Positions 54,294 through 64,000 of a stretch of DNA of 64,000 nt are shown in pieces (the stretch's first letter is position 1; every line of letters starts with the position of its first letter). The notes below the pieces were generated by a model. That model saw only the letters and a program-made list of their open reading frames with translations, was not told the origin of the DNA and searched no databases. Source of the DNA: Octopus sinensis (Eukaryota); assembly GCF_006345805.1 (NCBI RefSeq), contig NC_043019.1:3038001-3102000 (forward strand), read 5' to 3'. The translations under genes and the position numbers were made by a program.

Positions 54294-56349
54294 TTACCAG
54301 GCATCGTTGGATATAAAGTTATTTTCATATCATCATATTATCATGAAAATATTAAAAGTGAAGTGACAATTATATTATCTAATTGAGCATAGTAACTAAG
54401 TAAATACCGAGACATATTGCTAAAATCAATTCTTTTTATTAAAATAAAAATAAAATTTAATTTTTAAAATCAGAATAAAAATTTGAAGTAAACTTGCATG
54501 TATTATCAAATATTTGTTAGACAGTAACATAATAATTGTGTAATGCATTAAATGATTGAATGACATAGAGGTTTAGTGTGATATGTAACAAACAAGGTTT
54601 AGTGTGATATATAATAAACAAGGTTTGAGTCAATATAATAATATCAAAGAATAAGTAACAACTGCCAGGTGAGTAAAAACAAACAAACATTATCTTCTCT
54701 TAGTTTTTAGTGGTGGCTGTTACATTTCACTTAAACTTTTAATGTATCTGAACAAAGAATAAATTGTTCATATATTGATTTCAGTCTGTTATTTTAGAAT
54801 TGGAAAATAGATGTGAATAAATTTCAGTAACATGCTGGAACTGGAAGTGACCAGTTAATATAATTAGTGACTTATAATTAAAGATAGTATCCCTATAAAC
54901 AACAATAACCTAATTTAACAATAAACAATTAATTGTTAACAGTTGATGATTTCTGTGGAGTTTTTCTAAAAGTTTTCTAAAAATTGTTGCTAATTACACC
55001 ATATTTTGTAAACTAGCAAAATATATTGAGCATAAAGTATTAATCAGCTAAAAGACTAGCCAAGTACAAATGACAATTTTTTTTTTTTTTTTTTTTTTGC
55101 AGATTAACAATGTATAACTGCAAGTCTATCGTAAATTATATTGAATAGATAGATAACAATATTCTAACACTTATCTTATTTTATGATATATTTAAATAAA
55201 CAATTAGGCAATTTATAATAGAAATAGGATGAGAAGAATGTAACTTTATGGGAGGATATAGTTAATAACATAGTATGATAACAAGGATGGTATGTTTAGA
55301 GCACCGATACAACTAAATGGAATACAAATAGATGCATCAAAATATTTACTCCAACACTCAGCAAAGCATAACACTCAGCCATTTTACATCATAAAAATAA
55401 TCCTAACATAAGAACAAGGCTTAGTTTTGCAGGGCGGCATATTTAGTCAGTTATATTGTTCATGCCTCTATCCAGTGCTTTATTTTACCACCTCTGGAAT
55501 AAGGGAAGTTAAACTGATACTAATAACAGTGATAGCTATCTCATTTCAGGTTATCAAATATACATGTTGGTTTTAAGAATTAAGTGAACTTGTTGCCTAC
55601 AGTACCAGCACACAAATGTGCCCAAATAGTTAGGGAGTTTGCTCTTCATTTAGGAGATCTCAGTTTTATTCCTACAACATCTCACCCTGAGAAAGCACTA
55701 AATTGAAGGTGATATAAGCTTTGTTAGTGAAACTGTGTAGATGAAAAACTGTCTGGAAGCCCAGTTTTAATTGTATCTGTAATTCAAAGGGCCAACTCTG
55801 TCATGCAGATTCTCCCAAAATTTTACATTAAGAATACACATATCTGTAAAATACTCAGCCATTTACATGTTAATGAATAGGCTGTTTCATTGATCAAACA
55901 ATCAGAACACAATTGGAACATGATAGAGATCCATTTGAATTATATTACACATAGAAAAGAAAGTATGATGAAAAAATTATAGAGCTATTTTTAACATTTC
56001 CAATACCTTCATCTTTTACAATAAAACTACCTTTTATCTATAAAACTTCTTTCTAGCAAAGTATTCATGTAATATACACTGAATTCAGAGAATATAATGT
56101 TAATCATTGCAAGTATCATGCATATATAATATGACAGGAATTAGAAAAATTACAACTCTATTCCTCATTTAATGTACCTTTCACAATATTGGCAACAAAA
56201 TGAAATTTGAACTCAGAACAATGATGAATGAAATTTTGCTAAGTATTTTGTCTGGTGTGCTAATGATCCTGCCAGTTCACTACCTTAACCTAGCAAATAT
56301 CAATACTTTGATTTGGTATTCAGTGCCATTTAGTGTGTGTGTGTGTGTT

Positions 56350-56387
<38 letters not shown>

Positions 56388-56954
56388 TATTCTGTCTTTT
56401 CTATTCAACTTGTACCTTAACCTCACAACTCACTTCCCAGATAAGGGAGCTACTTATTCACCTCTTCAACAATATATCTGTTCCTGTCTCTTCATCATAC
56501 TTTCATATCCCTCAATGACATATCCTAGTCAGCTAAGGGGTCTTGTCTTGCAGGTACTTGGTGACCTCTAAGTGATGATGCCACATAAAAGAAGTCTGTG
56601 AAGTGATTGGCGTTAGGAAGGGCATCCCAGATGTAGCAATCATACTTAAACAGACACTGGAGCTTGGTACAACCCCTCTGGCCCATCAGTGCATGCTGAC
56701 TGATCCAACTCAAGCCAGAACAGAAAAGTGGGATAAGGAGTAAGAGATGGGGGCAGAGGAGATTAGAGATAGGCAATAACTGTAAATATTGGGTAGGGAT
56801 GAAGGGTATATACAAGTATTGTTTAAAGAATATAACTATATAATCTGTGGTTAAATGCAGCAGACATTTACTGTTAACTGTTGAGAAAAAAAAGTGCATC
56901 CACAGGTGAAATTCAGACTAACAAGAGATTAACTCAACAAAAATAAGACATATA

Positions 56955-57152
56955 CAAGATGGGCCAAAACTTGTGCACCAAGACATTTTATTTGTATTAT
57001 GTTATGATTATTATTCATGTTATCATGTACATGCAGGTGTGTATTCATTATTATTTTATTTACTTTATACAAATTTAGAAAAACTGAAGCATGTCTTTGA
57101 CATCTCTGGAGCGTATTGAACTTATTTTGTTCGTGACTTTTGGCCTATACTG
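56955..57152. mobile_element. Possible Tc1/mariner-type MITE
   Basis: Degenerate TIRs ta-caagatgggccaaaa / ttttggcctatactg. Confidence 0.35.
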
Positions 57153-57176
57153 TGTGTGTGTATATATATATATACT

Positions 57177-57430
57177 TTTCTTTTACTTGTTTTAGTCATT
57201 TGACTGCAGCCACACAGGAGCACAGCCTTGAAGGATTTTAGTCGAACAAATCATGCCCCAGGACTTATATTTTTAAGCCTAGTACTTATTCTATCAGTCT
57301 TGTCTGCCAAACTGCTAAGTTACGGACACATAAACACACCAACATCAGTTGTCAAGCAGTGATGGGGTGAGAAACAAAGACACACACACACACAGATATA
57401 TATATGACAGGCTTCTTTCAGTTTCCGTCT
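57177..57430 (-). mobile_element. SINE, family 1, truncated at the inverted repeat
   Basis: Family homology stops at gtttccgtct. Confidence 0.8.
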
Positions 57431-57432
57431 CT

Positions 57433-57688
57433 AGAAAATAGAGATAATTAAATTAACAATTATTTATTAATTACAAAAATTGGACATCATCTCTGACAGC
57501 TGTTTTGATTCAAGATTTTAGAAATTAATAAGTATAATTTAAAACATTTTAAAGTTGAATCTCATAGGAGTGGAAAAAGATATACTCTTATACCAATTAA
57601 TTTCTAAAGTCTTGAATCGAAACAGCTGTCAGAGATGATGTCCAATTTTTATAATTAATAAATAATTATTAATTTATCTCTATTTTCT
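57433..57688. repeat. Long inverted repeat (arms about 95 bp, spacer about 66 bp)
   Basis: 57433-57529 is the reverse complement of 57596-57688 with few differences. Confidence 0.9.
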
Positions 57689-57830
57689 TATTTTTCTAAA
57701 ATATATATAAACCCCAGTTTATCTAATTACCTTACAGTTGAATATTAAATGTAATAGTCAATACTTTTTGTAATAGGTAATAAACCAATATATTCACTGG
57801 ATTTTATTATCCCTTATTCAGGTTTTTATC

Positions 57831-57882
<52 letters not shown>

Positions 57883-57884
<2 letters not shown>

Positions 57885-58080
57885 TTTATCTTTTACTCGT
57901 TTCAGTCATTAGACTGTGGCTATGCTGGGGCACCACCTTGAGGAACTTTAGTCAAATGAATTGACCCCAGTACTTTTATTTTTTAAGCTTGATGTTTATT
58001 CTATCAGACTTTTTTTTTTGCCAAACTGCTAAGTTAAGGGAACTTAAACACACCAACACTGGTTATCAGGCAGTGGGAAT
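57883..58080 (-). mobile_element. SINE, family 1, partial
   Basis: Family homology. Confidence 0.75.
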
Positions 58081-58843
58081 CTGAACACATCTATTCATTT
58101 ATCTGACTGCTGTTGTTTTACATCATTGGATAATTGCATGTTTGAAAACGCATCACCTAAAGGGAAAAGGAGTTCTTTGATGACAAAAACAGCGATCACA
58201 TATTCACAATTGAATCTGCCAAAGCCTACTAAGAATGAATAGAAATGTTACTGTTATATATAAAATTATTATCTTTAAAGCATTTGCTTATAATATCAAT
58301 ACTTTAAATTTGCACTATTTCTAATATTGCTGGTAAGATTGTTAATTTGAATATGTGCATACAAATTAGAATTCTTATCCAGAGTAAAATGCAGTTTTCA
58401 ATACAAATAATGGAATTAACTTGCTAGAGATGTTATTTGGAACAGATTAAAATCAACATTTGGAAAACTGATATTTAATCTGTAAAACAATTTATAAAAA
58501 AATTAAACAAAACTGTTGTTCTACTTGATCTGAAACCAGACATTATTTTGTTATTGGTTTTTCAAAGATGCAAACTTCTACAAATTCAACGATAATTATA
58601 AAAATTAGATCATTTTGCTTGTTAATATAATTCTTTTCACTTTTGAGAAAACACTATAATCATATGAACCCTATAAATATATTTCAACAAATATTCAGAA
58701 ACTAGAATATTCTTGCCTTCTCATCACAAAATGAAAATATCAGAAACCAGAAAAGAAATGAAGAAATATTATTCTTTTAAGTTCTGTTAGTGTCCACATG
58801 CTGAAAATTATGATTAAATCCATGATTAATAATGTTTGCTTAC

Positions 58844-58879
58844 CAGTTGAAATTACTTTTGGAGGTGTTGTAGGAGGAG
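58844..58879 (-). CDS. Microexon, 36 nt, APPTTPPKVIST (most 5' copy seen)
   Basis: ttttgacag|CTCCTCCTACAACACCTCCAAAAGTAATTTCAACTG|gtaag. Confidence 0.8.
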
Positions 58880-59634
58880 CTGTCAAAACAAAAATCACTA
58901 ATAAACAAAATATCTAAATATTTCAATTTCATGACTTCTTTCATGAAATAATTTCTTTTGATTAATTTAACACAGATTGATTCCAATAGTGGTACTGTTT
59001 CATCTCCTTGATGGAACAAGAAGTGATAATGGAATTAGAGTAATTTGGACTCAGAAAAGATATGTAGTAAAATAAATTCTATAACATCTATTGTTCAACT
59101 ATTTTATTTGCAACTACAATTCATAGCAGTTTTCTACTCAACAAATACTTAGCAGTATTAAATACATAGCAAAAGAGTATCACAATAGTTAAAATTAGTT
59201 AAATATTATCAGAAATTGAAAACATATTTTGCTTCAGTCATTATAATGAACTTCAAAATCTAATAACAAGAAACAAAGTTGTAATTATGACTGAGAAGTA
59301 AGTTGTATCAGTTAAAACACATTAACATAAACAGTAAAATTAGTATATCATATCATTAGTATACATTATCATTATACACCTAAATGAATAAGAATTCTTC
59401 CACTATTGACTGCAATGAAGGAGAGACTTCAGAATGTACACCATATTATTTATTCCATAAAATTTATATATATAATGTATGATAAAGTTAAGTAAGTGGA
59501 ATGATAGACCATTGTTGCATATGTAAACAAAGATGATAATAATGATAATAATAATAATAATAATGATAATAATGATAATAATAATAATAATAATAATGAT
59601 AATAATAATGATAATAATAATAATAATAAATAAT

Positions 59635-59857
59635 AAATTGTCTTAACTGGTACATCACACGTATTGAGAAGAGCATTGTCGATGTGAGAACTGTTGCTGC
59701 TCATGTATTTTAATTTAACTTAAAAAAAAAAAAAATGAACGAACTACTGAGTTTGGTTTAATGGCCTACCAATATACACTATGAGTTTCTTTGCCCTAGG
59801 AGTCGGGAAGACACTCGGCAAGAAATGGAAGAAAATTTGAAAGAAGAAAAAAAAAGT
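59635..59857 (+). mobile_element. 3' end of an R4/Dong-like non-LTR retrotransposon inside (TAA)n
   Basis: IVLTGTSHVLRRALSM* at 59637-59687 resembles R4/Dong ORF C-termini; 3' UTR ends in an A-run followed by (TAA)n. Confidence 0.7.
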
Positions 59858-59885
59858 AATAATAATAATAATAATAATAATGATG

Positions 59886-59968
<83 letters not shown>

Positions 59969-59969
<1 letters not shown>

Positions 59970-60126
59970 GTTTCTTAAACATTCTCTAGACCAACAGTAT
60001 GTACAAAACTAAATATATGGCATCTTAGGTATAACACCAACATGAACTTCTAACTTGTTGTCTCTTGAGGTCTCTGGGTGAGACTTGGAGCCAACTTGTA
60101 CAAATGCAAAGCAAAAGTCAAACATA

Positions 60127-60128
<2 letters not shown>
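59969..60128 (+). mobile_element. Second probable R4/Dong-like 3' UTR fragment inside (TAA)n
   Basis: Unique 160-bp island flanked by (TAA)n on both sides; no coding part left. Confidence 0.45.
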
Positions 60129-60175
<47 letters not shown>

Positions 60176-60820
60176 GATAATAATAATGATAATAATAATA
60201 ATAATAATGTAAAAACTGTACAAATACATATAAACTGGTTTAAAGCAAGAATGCCACTGAGAATAAACAATCATTACTGTTTAAGAAAAGCATGGAAATT
60301 AATAATATCTAACAGAAATCTGAAAGAAATGAAATAATACAACTTTTACAAAATATTTCTTAACAAGTACACATATATAATTATGCTATATATTTGCTTT
60401 ATTTGTCATAAATGAACCAAATTTATTTAAATATATTTTCTGTACATAACAGCTTTCATAATTGATAAAGACATGTATTATTGTCTTTCAAGTACATTCT
60501 TCTCATGAATATTCAAGAGGAAAAAGTATGTGCAGATAGTTATAGGTGAATATTAAAGAAACATTATTTGGATCTATGATCACATACTAATTCTTCTGTA
60601 ATATGTTGTTTCAAATAGATGTGTATACAATTTTTATAAAGGATATTCAGAATTAACATCAAAGAAATATTGGACAATACCCAACTGTGTATTGATATGT
60701 CACTAAATGTCTTAATTACTTAATTGCATATTGTCTCTAGTGTCTCATCATTTAGTTTATAAGAGGAAGTTTACTGACAGACATGTTATATATATATATG
60801 ATCTGTCTATCAGTAAACCA

Positions 60821-60877
<57 letters not shown>

Positions 60878-60879
<2 letters not shown>

Positions 60880-61187
60880 CTGGCACTCCAGTGGTTACAA
60901 CGATGAGAGTTAAAGCTGATCTGATCAACAAAACAGCCTGTGCATGAAATTAATGTGCAAGTGGTTGAGCACTCCACAGACATATGTATCATTAACATAG
61001 TTCTCAAGGAGATTCAGCACAACAAATCTGGCCCCTTGAAATGCACGTACTACTCATGTTTGTGGAGGGACTGGAGCCATGTGAAATAAAGTATCTTGCT
61101 CAAGGACACATCACATTGCCAGGAATAGAACTCACAACCTCATGATCATGAGCCAAATACCCTAACCACCAACCAAGCCACATGCCT
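60878..61187 (-). mobile_element. SINE, family 3
   Basis: Reverse-complement homology to 8320-8620. Confidence 0.75.
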
Positions 61188-61685
61188 TATATATCTTCAT
61201 CTTTTTAATGTCCACTTTTCCATGCTTGCATGCATTGAACAGAATTTATTGTAGCAAATTTTTTATGGTCAGATACCCTTTCTGTTGCCAACCTTCACCC
61301 ACTTCCAAGTAAGATATTTCCCCATGGCTGCATATACTTTCATGGAAGATTGGAAACTGGTGCTCAGTTCTAACAATCATCATAACATTATATTAAATAT
61401 TAGACCAAAATACAGAACAATGATGCAAAATGAATCGAAAGAAACTCAACAGATTTTTATTTACCTATTTCAATTTGACAAACATGTTATTAACAACTGA
61501 TCCAAATAAAAATTAGGGTTGCAAGAATATGAATTAAATCCCAAAGTTAAAACAGAATCTGTTATTGGACAAGCAGGAGAAACAATTAGTATTTTATACA
61601 AATTATGAACTGACCTATGAACATCAAAAGGAGAGCAAATAAATCTGTTTATGTGCAATTCTCATTGACAAAATTTTATAATATT

Positions 61686-61724
<39 letters not shown>

Positions 61725-62046
61725 ATAGGATAAAATTTTTCGAAAAAATTCTATCAATGGTCAGCACATTAAAAAATACCTTTAAAGGTTAAATTTATAA
61801 ACAACTTATAAACAAGGGCAAAAGTTGTGTGTGTGTGTATATATATATATACACACACACGCATATATACACACACATACAAAGAAAAATTTTCTACATT
61901 TAATCAGAGGGAGGGCGAATAACAAGGTTAGAAAATATGACAGTCATTCAAATTACAAATGAAAGATGCAGTTAAAATATCTGTACATGAAATTATGCAT
62001 GAATGATGAATTTCTGAAAGTACATGTGCATTTTATGTATGAGCAT

Positions 62047-62080
<34 letters not shown>

Positions 62081-62129
62081 GCAATAATAAATCTCTGAAC
62101 GAGATGTAAACAGTAACTGCACGACAATG

Positions 62130-62234
62130 TAAGGTATACTGGCCATCTCAATATGGCTAACCACTAATGGCTAACCAATATGGCTAACACCTACCCTTAG
62201 TGGTTAGCCATATTGAGATGGTTAGTATACCTTA
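62130..62234. repeat. Inverted repeat, 38-bp arms
   Basis: taaggtatactggccatctcaatatggctaaccactaa / ttagtggttagccatattgagatggttagtatacctta. Confidence 0.9.
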
Positions 62235-62307
62235 TATATATATATATATATATAAAATGCACATACATGTGTGTGTGTGTATATATATAAATACACACAC
62301 ACACATA

Positions 62308-62511
62308 TACTCTTTTACTTGTTTCAGTCATTTGACAGTGGCCATGCTGGAGCACCACCTTTAGTCAAGCACATCGACCCCAGGACTTATTCTTTGTAAG
62401 CCTAGTACTTATTCTATCGGTCTCTTTTGCCGAACAGGGACGTAAACAAACCAGCATTGGTTGTCAAGCGATGTTGGGGGAAGAAACACAGACACACAAA
62501 CATATACACAC

Positions 62512-62558
<47 letters not shown>

Positions 62559-62636
62559 TATGATGGGTTTATTTCAGTTTCCATCTACCAAATCCACTCA
62601 CAAGGCCTCGGTTGGCCTGAGGCTATAGTAGAAGAT
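62308..62636 (-). mobile_element. SINE, family 1, partial
   Basis: Family homology. Confidence 0.8.
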
Positions 62637-62694
62637 GCATATACATATATATATATACACACATATACATACATACATTTATATATATACACAC

Positions 62695-62737
<43 letters not shown>

Positions 62738-64000
62738 CACAAAATATACACATAAGTGTAGTAGAGCAATTGGTCCTTTAAAAGAGAGAAGATATTAACT
62801 ACATGCATGTGTGCGTATGCATGGGTGTGTTCATGTGCGTCTCATTCTATCATGTCTTTGCATGAAATGCTTCAAGCAAAAGAAGAAATACATTGAAAAT
62901 ACACTCAAATATCATATTTCATTCAATGTTTTTGAAGCAAATAAATAAAAAACCCTTAGATGCACGAAAATACTTCAACAATATGTTAGCAGCCATATAT
63001 ACTTCATATTATAAATTTATTTTAATATTGTATAATAATATTCATTTGTAATGTTTACGTTTAAGTGTATATATATATCTGTACTTATATTTTATTGTTC
63101 TTTAGTATATGCATTGTGGAAAGAATATGTAGATATATTTTTGTCTGTTTGAGCCATACGTATACATATATGTATATATGTATGAATATACTTATGTATA
63201 TTTGTTTACATATGTTAGTCTATCTATACCTATGATTATATGTATATAGTGATATGCTTAGCATGTGCATGTCTACATAGTTTATCTCTCCCTTTTTACT
63301 TTCCGTGTGTGAACTAACGTATACGTGTGTATACATGCAAGTAACCTACCATGGTTTCCTACTTTTGTCCTTTTCTTTTATTGATTTTTCCCCTTCAGTA
63401 CACCAACTTTCCATCTTTGACGACATACTTACATAAATGAGATTATAAACTGCTGTAGTGTCTACAGCAATTTGAGTATGCTGATAATGAAATGAAACTG
63501 CACCCTATTTATATCACTAAGGTAATTGGTGAGAAAGGCATGCCATTTGTTCTTTACCAATTCAACTCTCCACTCTCACATTTATTGTATTTTTCCCCCG
63601 ACAAGCCTGGTTGTCTTTGATTTCTCCTCTACAGTAGACAATCTTCCACAACAAAGTTGTGTGTACCCAACAGTCATAGCTTTACATAAGATACATCCAA
63701 TGAGCTTTTGAAACAACTATAGTATTCAAGAATCTCTTGCCTCTTTTACTTACAGACTATATCACATAATATGCAATGTTTGTTACCTTCTAAATGGAAT
63801 TATACAGCACCTATCATCTAATTACAATTTTCTCTCTACTCTCAATATGAAATGAAATGTATATGAAGCATTGACGAATAAGTTTTCTTGAACAATTATT
63901 GAGTCATGTATTTTCTTGACAAGAGACTAGCAAATGATGTATTACCAAATATATTATAATTATTGTATGTGATATATATATATATATATGTGAACATATA

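Larger units (their letters stand above)
1791..58879 (-). other. Partial multi-exon gene: array of 28 paralogous symmetric microexons encoding a PEVK/mucin-like Pro-Thr-rich repeat region (gene start not identified)
   Basis: Recurrent + strand pattern cttac-CAG...(24-39 nt)...AG-ct, read on the minus strand as ag|exon|gtaag. All intact copies are 3n long, phase 1, stop-free and homologous at the peptide level, while flanking introns diverge more. Confidence 0.88.
59534..60207 (+). repeat. (TAA/TGA)n microsatellite cluster, three tracts
   Basis: Seen directly. Confidence 0.95.

Noticed and set aside
54569-54626. 26-bp local tandem duplication (similar short ones near 21220, 40735 and 48445)
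   Set aside because: Ordinary slippage products with no further structure.
1791-58879. Naming the gene titin, twitchin, zonadhesin or a mucin
   Set aside because: Only compositional and architectural similarity; no Ig, FN3, vWD or signal-peptide exon is visible in the window.
1791-58879. Dscam-style mutually exclusive splicing with docking and selector sites
   Set aside because: No complementary docking/selector pair found by eye. The recurrent intronic elements are direct repeats, and symmetric 3n exons do not require exclusivity.
59450-60274. Poly-Leu, poly-Tyr and poly-Ile ORFs resembling signal or membrane segments
   Set aside because: Reverse translation of (TAA)n.
63340-63400. Possible start exon AAACCATG|gtagg on the minus strand
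   Set aside because: Single weak signal with phase 0 and no supporting promoter or homology evidence.

Overview
AT-rich eukaryotic genomic DNA. The SINE families and TA/CA microsatellites match my recollection of Octopus (coleoid cephalopod) genomes; this attribution is recognition, not a database result. Almost all ORF-track entries are microsatellite or repeat artefacts. The main signal is invisible to the ORF track: a minus-strand gene segment spanning about 57 kb (58879 down to 1791) built from 28 paralogous microexons. Each is bounded by AG and GT(A/G)AG and is phase 1-1 symmetric; 26 are intact (24-39 nt, all multiples of 3) and 2 are broken. They alternate between type A (AAPPPVIPVEKTT) and type B (APPAPVKPVELTT) inside 12 tandem exon+intron units, mostly 2-5 kb. 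Joined, the intact exons give about 327 aa of stop-free Pro/Ala/Val/Thr/Glu/Lys-rich (PEVK- or mucin-like) repeat. The introns carry recurring conserved motifs, a decayed mariner, a young RTE fragment with target-site duplication, R4/Dong-like 3' ends in a (TAA)n tract, a piggyBac-type MITE, many SINEs, several long inverted repeats, and two minimal hammerhead-ribozyme folds with compensatory core variants (U3-A8 and G3-C8). Coordinates were counted by hand: exon boundaries should be accurate, repeat boundaries are approximate.
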